64,000 nucleotides of DNA. Origin: Eledone cirrhosa. Its lineage: Eukaryota. The DNA lies in assembly GCA_964016885.1 (NCBI GenBank), contig OZ024754.1:14136001-14200000 (forward strand), read 5' to 3'. How positions within the stretch are numbered: position 1 is the stretch's first letter; each line of letters opens with the position of its first letter. A program made the position numbers and the translations under genes. Positions 1 to 11,474 of the stretch are shown in pieces. The notes under the pieces are model-generated. The model was given only the letters and a program-made list of their open reading frames with translations, had not been told where the DNA came from and searched no databases.

Positions 1-510
1 GTGTTAATGGAGTGGTGACAGTGTTAATGGAGGGGTGACAGTGTTAATGGAGCGGTGGCTGTGTTAATGGAGGGGTGACTGTGTTAATGGAGGAGTGACA
101 GTGTTAATGAAGTGGAGACAGTGTTAATGGAAGGGTGACAGTGTTAATGGAGTGGTGACTGTGTTAATGGAGTGATGACTGTGTTAATGGAGTGTTGGCA
201 GTGTTAATGGAGTGGTGACAGTGTTAATGGAGGGGTGACAGTGTTAATGGAGCGGTGGCTGTGTTAATGGAGTGGTGACTGTGTTAATGGAGGAGTGACA
301 GTGTTAATGAAGTGGAGACAGTGTTAATGGAAGGGTGACAGTGTTAATGGAGTGGTGACTGTGTTAATGGAGTGATGACTGTGTTAATGGAGTGTTGGCA
401 GTGTTAATGGAGTGGTGACAGTGTTAATGGAGGGGTGACAGTGTTAATGGAGCGGTGGCTGTGTTAATGGAGGGGTGACTGTGTTAATGGAGTGGTGACT
501 CTGTTAATGG
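1..510. repeat. 20-bp minisatellite (GTGTTAATGGAGTGGTGACA) with a 200-bp (10-monomer) higher-order repeat; runs off the left edge
   Basis: Monomer variants recur in the same order at 1-200 and 201-400 (e.g. AGCGGTGGCT, AGTGGAGACA, AGTGTTGGCA), with a partial third copy from 401. Confidence 0.95.
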
Positions 511-1013
511 GTTTGTGATGCCGGGTTTCAGTTAGTTTTATGTTTCCTTTGTGGATAGTGGTTGTTGGGATACATAGACTATAACCATTGCGTGTGACCA
601 GTGAAATTTGTCTCTTTATTACCAATATAGTGAGATCATGTTTATTACATTATTGTCTTTTTGTTGGGGAGGTGGACGTTCCATTTTGGCTGAGATTTAT
701 TTCTTGGTTTAAAATCTCTTTGATTATAAGTCTACATGGCTTGTGTTTAGCTGAAGTGAGACGTGTTGGCGTCCTAAAAGACAAAAACAACAATAACAAC
801 AATGAGCACATGATTTGAAACCGGATGAGCTGACATCCTGTTTCCGATAATTAAAAGGATTAGCACAAACTATTTGATTTATGTTCCTTGTGTGGGTTAG
901 ACCAACACAAAATAAAGTGAAACTCTTTAGACAATGTATGTTTCAAGCACTTCACTTGCATGAGGTAGGTGGGGAGCAATGTAAACCCAGTTAGAAACAA
1001 TTCTATGTAAGGG

Positions 1014-1120
1014 AAGGCACACAGCCTAGTGGTAAGTGAATTGGATTCGTAATCATGAGGTTGTGAGTTCAATTCTCAGACCAGGCAATGCGTTATGTCC
1101 ACTTTATTTCACTTTGCTCT
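1014..1120 (+). mobile_element. Truncated tRNA-headed SINE (family B)
   Basis: AAGGCAC...TAGTGGTAAG...GGTTGTGAGTTCAATTCTC A/B-box head similar to the copies at 31518 and 42305. Confidence 0.7.
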
Positions 1121-1791
1121 TTCTGCCAGGAATTGCGACCGGTAGATAGTATCAGCAATGGAAAGACCAATGGAGACATTATTCCCTTGATCTGATTTGA
1201 TGAGTACCCCCCACCCTCCTCAGTAAGCTAAATGGGTCTGGGATGTTATCAATCGATATAAGTATGTATAAACCTCTGATAGAGTCATAGGGGGCACCAC
1301 CAGTCGTGACATAGAGCATGACATTTTGTTCAACACTCCATCAATTCTGCCAATTTGCTGCCTTAGACTGCTATTTCATTTTATCAACTTTAAAAGGACG
1401 AAAAGCAAAGTTGACCATGGCAGGATTTGAACTCAAAAACTGATACAACTGTAACAAATACTGCAAAGTATTTTGTTTGATAGTCAAAGAATTCAGTAAA
1501 ACCAATACGATTTAAGGATTTAAATTGAAGTGAAAACCAACAGATGCATGTGTTTTTATTGGCAGCATGACCCTCCCTATATATAACAGTATCTGTTTCA
1601 ACACACATTTTCAGATAAGAAATCTTGCAAAACAAATTCAAGAATGAAGTATATATCATTTTTCATCATCATTTCATTTTACGTCCGCTTTTCCCTGCTT
1701 GCAAGGGTGGGACGGGAACTGATTCTGGCTTGATTTCTACAGCTGGATGCCCTTCCTAACACCATCCTCATTTACAGTGTGGGCTGGATGC

Positions 1792-2850
1792 TATTTTGAC
1801 TGGATGGCTCCCTGTTTGACCTGCAGCGCCTGACGGCCAAGACAAGGACCGTGCAGAGGATCGTCCTGGAGGCCCTCATGGCCCACAGGGAGTCTGACCT
1901 CTAAGTCATCGTCAACAAGTTCGTGGAAGCCTCCTGTATCTTCGGTCTCACAATTAGCCTTGGCAAGACTGAGGTCCTGTTCCAGCCTGCACCTGCCTCC
2001 GTCACCCACACTCCTTCCATCTCAAGCACCCAGCTAAAGACGGTGGTCGACTTCAAGTACCTCAGCAGTGTCATCAGCAGCGATGGAAGCCTCGCCAAGG
2101 AGATAAACACCAGAATCTGCAAGGCCAGTCAAGTCCTCGGCCTCCTGAGGACACGCGTCCTGAACCAGCATAATATCAGGCAGTCCACCAAGCTCAAGGT
2201 GTACAGGGCCGTTGTTCTCAACAGCCCCCTCTACGGATGTGAGACATGGACCCTGTACAGAAGGCACCTGAAGCATCTGGAACGGTTCCACATGCGCAGC
2301 CTGCGGTCAATCATGAACATCAAATGGCAGGACAAGGTCTCCAACCTCGAAGTTCTTGACATGGCTGAAACAACCAGTGTCGAAGCTATGATACTGAAGA
2401 GCCGACTTCGATGGGTGGGACATGTCATCCGGATAGACGATCACAGGCTTCCGAAGCAACTGATGTTTGGGGAACTCTGTTCGGGGAAACGAAAGCAGGG
2501 CAGGCCTCTCACGAGTTTCAAAGACTGCGTGAAGTCCAGTATCAACAACACTGGAATCGCCCCAAAACAACTCGAGTCCCATACTCAGGACAGGACTGGG
2601 TGACGAGCCCTTACCAGACGCGCCAAAGACTCTTTTGAAGAGAAGAGACGGGCAGAGGTCACTGAGGCCCGTGAAAGGAGGAGAAAGGCATCAACAGCTG
2701 CCCCAAGCGACTCCGGTCTCTTCCCCTGCCTCCACTGTCCCCGGACCTGCAAGACAAGGATCGGCCTCCACAGCCACCTTCGTGCCCATGGCAGACGGGA
2801 ACTAAAATAAAGAAGATGTCATCTTCGTTTACGATGGACAACCAAGATAT
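1792..2850 (+). mobile_element. 5'-truncated RTE-clade LINE: RT C-terminus/thumb plus C2H2 zinc finger, disrupted
   Basis: DGSLFDLQRL, GLTISLGKTEV, FKYLSSVIS, LYGCETW, RLRWVGHVIR and GKRKQGRP motifs. Past an in-frame stop at 2601 it continues to FPCLHCPRTCKTRIGLHSHLRAH. The catalytic (F/Y)ADD appears deleted. Visibly more GC-rich than the flanks. Confidence 0.9.
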
Positions 2851-3520
2851 ACATATATATATATGCGTTTAAATTTGGTGGTTTACCACTGGGTATAATT
2901 GGTCATTCTGCAATGATAACCATGACGTAATATGAGAAAAGCACTCGATGTTACGCAACTCAACCATCTTCAATGTTGAATCATGTTGGTGGTGCGGAAA
3001 CGGAGTCAAGGGTATTATAAAGTGAAATGACAGGAGGCCAAATATGTTTAATTTCCTTAATTATTTATTGTAAACACTATGCATATTTCAGTGGCCAGGC
3101 TGCATAAGAAGCCGGTGACCTCATCAGATGTAAATTGCGCAATAGATGTATTCCAATTGAATGATGGTAAGCTTTAAGGAAACAAGCAAAGAAAAACAAA
3201 GAGGAAAAGTGTATATTATGCTTTTGACCCAGAGATGGATGTAGTAGCATGCTGCTACATAGGTCACCTGCCTCTGAGTGAGGTTGTTTTTAACAAACGC
3301 TTGCTAGTGGGTAAGGGGATGAATAATTCACTAAGTAGACCTGGTCAACTTATTTAAACTCTCAGTCTAAATATTCAATTTCTAAAATTAACCCTAACTC
3401 CTGCTTATATACATTTCTAACTGGAATTTGTTCCTCTTCTTGATATACCCCCTCCCCCTTAGCTTGACCCAGGAGAATTACCATTCTCTCTAACATGATA
3501 CTTTCCCGCTCTCTGGCCTG

Positions 3521-3931
3521 CTAAAGTAAGAGTTTTTTTTAGTCTAAAGTAAGAGTTTTTTTAGTCTAAAAAAACTCTTACTTTAGTCCAGAAATAGCCG
3601 TAGAAACGGCTTGAGCTCTGCCGTCGGGGTCATGCTCTCTCCTATATATATATATATTGTTTATGTGTGTGTATGTCTATATATATATATATATATATAA
3701 CGGAGGAGTTGGGTAAGGAACCAGATGGACCATAACGCACCAGAGTACTCAATACTTAGGGTAGTAGAGTGGGTAATAGGAGAGAGCATGACCCCGACGG
3801 CAGAGCTCAAGCCGTTTCGACGGCTATTTCTGGACTAAAGTAAGAGTTTTTTTAGTCTAAAAAAACTCTTACTTTAGTCCAGAAATAGCCGTCGAAACGG
3901 CTTGAGCTCTGCCGTCGGGGTCATGCTCTCT

Positions 3932-3992
<61 letters not shown>

Positions 3993-4010
3993 TATGTGTG
4001 TGTATGTCTA
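3521..4010. mobile_element. (TA)n-embedded fold-back repeat, copy 1, with a perfect 161-bp palindrome at 3776-3936 and a partial direct duplicate at 3521-3680
   Basis: 80-bp arms ATAGGAGAGAGCATGACCCCGACGG...TTTTTTTAG / CTAAAAAAA...CCGTCGGGGTCATGCTCTCTCCTAT around a 1-nt centre at 3856; flanked by (TA)n. Confidence 0.85.
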
Positions 4011-4379
4011 TTATGCAGCTATAATATGCATTCATATAGGCATGAAAACACTATTCTTACGCTTAGTTTTGCAAATGAGTTACTTCCCTTGAGGCCGGCC
4101 TAATAGTTACTGTTAATTTTTCTTATTCATCCAGTAATCTTATGTCACCCCATCTCGGGGTATTTTTTTCCTCTCAACTATATATACCCACACATACACA
4201 TGCAGACTGACACATATATATGTATTCACACGCACACAGACAACATGCAAGGTGGTTCAGTCTAATTGAGGTAACATTCTTATGTTTGTTTTTGTCGGCG
4301 TGTGTCGTTTTTGTCTCGCTCTCTCTCTATATATATATGTGTACAATATATATATATATGTATGTATATATAAAAATAA

Positions 4380-4425
<46 letters not shown>

Positions 4426-4823
4426 CGTGTATTCTTGAGTGTATAAATATCTTCAAGAACCCCCTGAAATATCGTTCATATCTATATTCCGAGGGTGCAG
4501 CTCTCATTATTGTTTGTTTTCTGCCATCAGATTATTTCATCTCGAGTAATAACAATAATAAAGGTGTTACACGGCGCCATAAATCCATCGAAATGAAAAA
4601 AGAAATGTTCATAGGCGCCCTAATCGTTCATTAATTTATACATATAACCCCTAAGATTACATCTTCGGGGTTATATGTATAAATGTAATCGTGTCTGCTG
4701 TCCACTGTGTATTGCATTTTATTTTATCCTTTTAATGTTCCCGTTGATTGCTTTATACAGAGTTCGACAATTTTCTCCCCACAGTCTCGAACATTAAGAC
4801 TGCGTGTATAGTTATGATGTTGC

Positions 4824-4866
<43 letters not shown>

Positions 4867-4978
4867 GTTAAAATACTGGAGCGTGTTGGAGTTAAACACC
4901 CTCTTCGTATTATAGAAATGACAGTAAAAGGTATAGCTCAATGTAGTTAAACAGAGCCGAAAAATTATATATATATAT

Positions 4979-5198
4979 ATAGGAACAAGTATGACCCCGA
5001 CGGCAGAGCTCAAGGCGTTTCGACGGCTATTTCTGTACTTACTAAGTAAAAATTCTTACTTAGTCCAGAAATAGCCGTCGAAACGGCTTGAGCTCTGCCG
5101 TCGGGGTCATACTTGTTCCTATTACCCACTCTACTACACTAAGTATTGAGTACTTTGGTGCGTTATGGTCTATCTGGTTCCTTACCACAATTCCTTCG

Positions 5199-5200
<2 letters not shown>
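4979..5200. mobile_element. Fold-back repeat, copy 2 (hairpin 4979-5122), opposite orientation to copy 1
   Basis: Same family core TAGTCCAGAAATAGCCGTCGAAACGGCTTGAGCTCTGCCGTCGGGGTC...TTCCTTCGTT; both ends abut (TA)n. Confidence 0.85.
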
Positions 5201-5233
<33 letters not shown>

Positions 5234-6783
5234 TTTAATTGAATGTAGCAGCAACATGATCTAGTTTTCTTGCTGTTGACTGGTTCGTAAGTGTATGTAT
5301 GCTCGTGTATATTGAACCCATAATTGTAAATTACATCTGGGGTCCCGGTACAATACATAATAGCTTTCACATCTGTCCCAATTATCTTGTTATAGTTGGT
5401 GCTCTTTTTTCTTTTTTTCTTTTAGTAGGTGTATTCATTTAGAATCGTTTCTACGAAACACTTTCCGAATGCATAAAAATACCAACCGATTCGTCTTGAG
5501 CCCTTTTGGCATCTTTAAAGTGAGTTGTGTAAAGCTAAACTTAGTTGCTTACTCGTCTAAATAGGCATTCTTCTTCCCTTGGCAACCGATTTTACTTTGC
5601 AATCAACGTTCGGATTTGGTCCTGTTAAGTAAATAATTGTTTCTACTTTTGGCACAAGGCCAGCAAATACCCAGAGCATTACTGGTACTTTATTCTATCG
5701 CCCCCCGTAAGGATGACGGGCAAAGTTTAAGTAAATAATGTTGTGTAAGCAATGTTAGACTTACCTATGGGCTATAGTTTAGGGCCATACACCATCGGCG
5801 ACCTCATTTTTTTTAAATATAATTTTATTTTATTATTAGTTTTTATTCTTTAACACTGAATCATAAAAAATTATATATATATATATATATTCATTCTTTA
5901 TCATTAACATTAATATAAAAAATAATAATAAAGTGTAACTATTAAAAAAAAATTTTAACCGAATATTTTTTAGAGAAGGACTTCAAATTTCATATAGCTT
6001 AGGACCTCAGTAGATGAAAGGCCGCTCCTCGGTAGGGTCCTATTAAGTAGTTAATTAATATTGTGTAGGTAACAGATACATTGCAGGCCAGTTGAGGTCA
6101 CAGTCTCATTTCAATTTCTTGGTTGGCTCCGACCTGATCCGCCTCACAGAGGCCGACTTATTCCACTAATGTTTTTCGTGGCCTTTGAAGTATGACCGTC
6201 ATAACATCTCTCCCTCTCTTACACACATACACTTCGTCTGTCTCCTATAAATCAGGAGTATTTTCTAATCGACGGTAATTAACATTTTATAATCTGATAT
6301 AGTATGATATATATATATAGAGAGAGAGATAGAGGGGGGTTCGTGAACTCTTATACACACAAAGAAATTACTATATGTCTTGATTTTGGCTACTTGGAAG
6401 ATTGTTAAATATACATAACTCTGGATAATCTAAACAATGCAGAATACAATGCTAAGTTTTTTTGTTTTGTTATTTCTTTTGCTTAGAATTATAAAGTGGA
6501 GTGATTCGTTTCTCTTCTTTCTCTTTTCATTCATTCTCACTTTGAGTCATTCTGTTCGTATATCTCCCCCTCCCCTCACTCCCTTCCATTTGAAATTCGA
6601 GCTAAATTCGTCTTCAGTAGTATTTTACTTTTGATGTGTAAAGTATGTGTCATCTGAACGGTTTCAAGTCCTATAATTCCTTGTAAATCACTCGACACAG
6701 ACACGATATTTTTTGTTTTTTTGTGTAATTTTGGTTTTGTAATGTATATCTTTAAAACGAAGCCGCCAATTCTGTTTACTTGC

Positions 6784-6819
<36 letters not shown>

Positions 6820-6924
6820 CTGTCTGTCTTCAAACATCTCCAATGCTTTGCTAATTCATAAGGTTTATTATATGCAGAAAATTTACGCTAATGTGTATCT
6901 TGTTTTTTTCATATTATCTCCCAG

Positions 6925-7025
6925 ATATGTCATCATATGGAGAAAATGAGGGCAAAACTGAAATGTCCTTTCCTACCTCCTTCACTATGAATGGCAATTT
7001 GATTTGATACCTGTAATTTCCACAG
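6925..7025 (+). other. Candidate 5'-UTR exon of the Kelch-like gene
   Basis: Pyrimidine tract + CCAG acceptor and strong CAG|GTGAGT donor; no long reading frame; next acceptor TTTTTTTCAG at 8092. Confidence 0.45.
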
Positions 7026-8419
7026 GTGAGTATGAGGAACTTTTATTTAGTATCCCAGTTATTCTTCCTATTACTAACCATTCTTCTATGACATGGTTGT
7101 CAAACAGACATGTGATGTGTATGGATGAGGAATGGTAGGTGAAGACATACCAGCTAATGCCAGTAGAAGACCAAAAAAGATCTGAGCAGAGGTAGTTAGG
7201 GCTGATCTCAACACACTGAACCTTACAGAGGAGATGACAAGGGAACACTGCGAGTGGTGAGAAGATGTGCTGGAGAAGATCCATCTAATCCATGCAAGGA
7301 TGGAAAAGTAGATGTAAAATGATAATGAAGATGACTGACAAACGTAATGTTACTTCTTAGAAATTTAGGTATATAAGTCTCATGAGTGGGTTATGTTAAT
7401 GAATTTCTTGTTTAAGAAGTTAGCCGAGTAGTAAAGGATGAACAGAGATTAGAATATCTAAGAAAAGAATCACAGGACAGATTTTACAGACAAAGCTAAC
7501 CAGCAGGAGAGCCAGAGATAGACCATGAGCAAGATGGTTGGATAACATCCACAACCTTTGTTGGTCTTGTTTGGGGATCCAGCTCTGTCATTTGGTGACA
7601 GTTGCTTCCAATAGGTCCCTCTGGAAGGAGTCTTTGAGGACTCAGCATACATAACCCTCACAGGAATATGTGGGTAAAGAAGACGTATGAGAGAAGAGCA
7701 GAGGCTTACAGTGAAAGCAATATAGGCAAGATATGTTATTGCTCTGGTGTGACCAAAGAATGAATTAACAATGAGTGTCTGATGAAAAAATGTTACTGTA
7801 TGCTGACATATGAAGAAGTAGTGAAGTGTTCAGATTTGAGGATGTGTGTTGCAGGCCTGATAACACAAGGTCCACACATGTAGTTAGCGGTATGGCTAAG
7901 ATACGTGGCAAGCTGTATGGCCAAGACATGTGGTTAGCTCTATATGGCCAAGAACTATCCATTATATACCAACATATTAATGAAAATGATGAGTGCGACA
8001 ATGCAATGTTGAGTTAGTGAGAAAGAAGTTATTCTGGTGATCTGTTCAATATACGTTTAAAACAATAATTTCAAACATTTTATTTTTTTCAGTTGCCTGA
8101 CCTACTACAACACTTGTCCAACTTTGCTACACCAGTTGTCCAGCTTACACAAACTGCAGCAGCAGTTTTTCAGCTTACCCTAGCAGTTCTGCAACTTAGC
8201 ATAGCTGTCACCTTATCACATTTATTGTTCCATATCGCTACAATCAAGTTCTCTGTGTTACCTTTACCACCAACTCTACCACATAACATACAAATTATCC
8301 ACAAATCCTACACCAATTATTCAACTCCCTATATACTTTACCCAATATAACATATTACTGTGCCTAGTTGTTTAACTTATATTACCATTTGCCTAAGCTT
8401 CTCTGCCAATTGTGCTAGA

Positions 8420-9046
8420 ATGGCTGACATTGTAGAAGATAAATGTGATACCCCAAATGGTTGTTGGCAGTTGGAAGAAGATAACAACACATTTGAGGTG
8501 TCAACTGATGACATTAGCCGGTTTGGTAATTGTGACATAGGCCTTATTATTGAACATGAACTCATAGATTGTCACAAACAAGTCTTATCAGAAAATAGTC
8601 AGTACTTCAAAGCTATGTTTGAAAGTACAATGAAAGAAAAATCCCAAAAGACTATAGACCTTAAATGTGTGTCACTCGATAGCTTTAAAGTGATCCTAGA
8701 TTTCTGCTATAGTAAACCAGCCCCTCTCCGTATCAATCGAGATAACATCTTCGATGTGACACGCATTGCTGATATGTTGAATTTTTCTGAAGTGCTCTCA
8801 TTATGCAAGAATTTCTTATGGAGTTTAGTTAATCAGAACTGTTTTGATGTCCTCATGCTGGCTTCCACTTTGTTTATAAAAGATCTGCATGACTATTGCA
8901 CTGCCTATGTCCTTTGGCATTTCAAAACTGTCAAAGAGAACGAAGATTTTATCTTCTTAACCAAAGAGGAGCTACAGAATTATCTCAGTGATAGCAGACT
9001 CAATACAAATTCAGAACTTCGTGTTTATAAAAGTATTATCACATGG
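8420..9046 (+). CDS. Kelch-like (BTB-BACK-Kelch) protein, coding exon 1 (BTB + BACK)
   Basis: ATG MADIVEDK; BTB motifs CHKQVLSENSQYFKAMF, MKEKSQKTIDL, LDFCYS; BACK motif SELRVYKSIITW; donor TGG|GTAAGT. Confidence 0.9.
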
Positions 9047-9290
9047 GTAAGTGTTATATACTTCTACAACTCTATTTCTTTCTTTCAGTTGTCATATTTA
9101 TCTGTTGTGTTTAGATTTTCTATATTTATTTATGTTTCTGTCTTAATAACTGCTCTCTGCCTTCATTCATAAATACTTTATATCATCTCTATTTATTTTA
9201 TTATATATATTTCGAAGATGTAAAGTATAACAAAGCAAAACATTTCCTCTTCCGACAAAATACATAGATGTATAATTTTATATATATATA

Positions 9291-9430
9291 TAGTCCAGAA
9301 TTAGCCGTCGAAACGGCTTGAGCTCAGCTGTCGGGGTCTTACTGGTTCCTATTACCCACTCTACTACCTCAAGTATTGAGTACTTTGGTGCGTTATGGTC
9401 CACCTGGTTCCTTACCACATTTCCTTCGTT
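9291..9430. mobile_element. Same (TA)n-embedded repeat family, copy 3, without the fold-back arm
   Basis: Near-identical to 5061-5200; (TA)n on both sides. Confidence 0.85.
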
Positions 9431-9968
9431 ATATATATATATATATATATAAATAATCATCATCATCATCGTTGTTTAACGTCTATCTTCCATGCTAGCA
9501 TGGGTTAGATGGGAGTTGTCCCACTTGAGGCAAGATTGGTCAGATGACCGTGTCATGCTCATATAGGACTATCTGGCAGGTTTTCTATGGCTGGATGCCC
9601 TACCTAACAGCAACCACATTATATATATATATATATTTCATCATCATCGTTTAGTGTCTATCTTCCACGGTAGCATGGATTAGACAGTTTTGTCCCATTT
9701 GAGGCAAGTTTGGTTGGATGACCATGTCTCGTTTGTATAGGACATATATATATATGCAAAAGGCAAACAGAAATAACAAAGCAAATGGCAGTACAATGAA
9801 GAAATATATTATTAGTTTTATTCTTGATATAGTAGAGAAAGAGTATACATATATATATATACACACACATACATACATATATATACACACACACATATAT
9901 ATATAGAATTGAATTATATCGTTGAAAATTTTGTATTTTAAACTTTGCTTCACGACATCTACATACAG

Positions 9969-10121
9969 ATTACATTGAGTTCTTCATACGGTTTAGACCC
10001 TACCATTGATAGGTAGATTTATCTGTGTGTATATATATATATATATGTGTGTGTGTGTATATATATATTACATTGAGTTCTTCATACGGTTTAGACCCTA
10101 CCATTGATAGGTAGATTTATC

Positions 10122-10150
<29 letters not shown>
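9969..10150. repeat. Local tandem duplication of about 98 bp ending in a (TA)/(TG) microsatellite
   Basis: ATTACATTGAGTTCTTCATACGGTTTAGACCCTACCATTGATAGGTAGATTTATCTGTGTG occurs twice. Confidence 0.85.
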
Positions 10151-10168
<18 letters not shown>

Positions 10169-10434
10169 ATGTGTATATATATCAAATTGGCTGAGTTGTT
10201 AGACTGTAGGTTAGAATGTTTTGCACCATTTGTTCCGACCCTCTGCATTCAGAGTTCAATCCTGAGGCCGTTTCTTTCTCTATATTTTTTTTTCACTTCT
10301 TTGGTCACCTGGAAGTTTTATTGTAGTAAACATTTGCTGAAGGTGCCCCACAATGGAGTCAAACCTACGAGTAACTAAACCTCTCAACCATACAACCTAC
10401 ACAGTCATACAAGCTGTATAAACATATCATTATC

Positions 10435-11125
10435 TTGGCAGTATCGGTAGAGGGTTGGACGCCATGCTTTGACGCTTAGAGTTACGGCCTTTGCCATTCT
10501 AAGTTCAAATCCCGCCGAGGTTAACTTTGCCTTTCATCCTTACGGGGTCGATAAAATAAAGTACCAGTAATACACTGGGTAATTTGCTGGCCTTGTGCCA
10601 AAAGTAGAAACAATTATCTTCCATTTGATATTGTAAATTTGATGTTGTCTTTATTATTACCACTACTACTGAGGGCGGTGGATTGGCAGTATCGGTAGAG
10701 GGTCGGACGCCATGCTTTTCAGCACCGAGTTATGGCCCTTTACGATCTGAGTTCAAATCGTTCCAAGGTCAACTTTGCCTTTCATCCTTACGGGGTCGAT
10801 AAAATAAAGTACCAGTCACGCACTGGGGTCCATTTAATCAACTTTCCTCCTCTCCCCAAAATTACTGGCCTTATGCCTATACTAGAAACCATTATTACCA
10901 CTCGGTGGATTGGCAGTATCGGTAGAGAGTCGGACACCATGCTTTGAAGCATAGAGTTACGTCCCTTTACGATCTGAGTTCAAATCCCGCCGAGGTTGAC
11001 TTTGCCTTTCATCCTTACGGGGTCGATAAAATAAAGTACCAGTAATGCACTGGATAATTGCTGGCCTTGTGCCTAAAGTAGAAACCATTATTACCACTAC
11101 TACTATTACTACTACTACTAATAAT
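10435..11125 (+). mobile_element. Three tandem tRNA-derived SINEs (family A) ending in a (TAC)n(TAA)n tail
   Basis: TGGCAGTATCGGTAG A-box, GTTCAAATCC B-box, core TTTGCCTTTCATCCTTACGGGGTCGATAAAATAAAGTACCAG; copies start near 10435, 10673 and 10903. Confidence 0.85.
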
Positions 11126-11147
11126 AATGATAATAATATTCATCAAG

Positions 11148-11357
11148 ATAAATTATGATCCCGGACAACGGACGCAACATTTTAAAGAACTATTTTCATC
11201 CTGTGTCCACATTGGTTTAATGTCCAGTGAAGAATTGCAAATACTGAAAGAATCAGAGCTGGTGAAAACTATTCCAAATATCTTAAAGTCTGTCCAGTCA
11301 GCTTTTGATGACCGCAGTTCTGTTGACCAAGATCCAAGTGAAGCAAATATAAGTTCA
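11148..11357 (+). CDS. Kelch-like protein, coding exon 2
   Basis: Continues the BACK end W|INYDPGQRTQHFKELF in phase 0; donor TCA|GTAAGT; acceptor AAG is weak. Confidence 0.8.
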
Positions 11358-11474
11358 GTAAGTACACCTACCTCACCATGTCATTTTTCTCCTTTTCTCT
11401 ATGTCTGTATGTGTGTGTATGTCCATGTGTGTGCATGTATGTGTGTCCTCGTGTGAGTGTGTGTGTGTCTCAAA

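Noticed and set aside
1-510. Possible telomeric repeat at the window edge
   Set aside because: The unit is a 20-mer without TTAGGG or TTAGG; it is G/T-rich but not telomeric.
8360-8419. ORF-track N-terminal extension of the Kelch protein from a GTG (likewise the GTG at 20175 for CPSF2)
   Set aside because: In this eukaryotic context the first in-frame ATGs are at 8420 and 20172.
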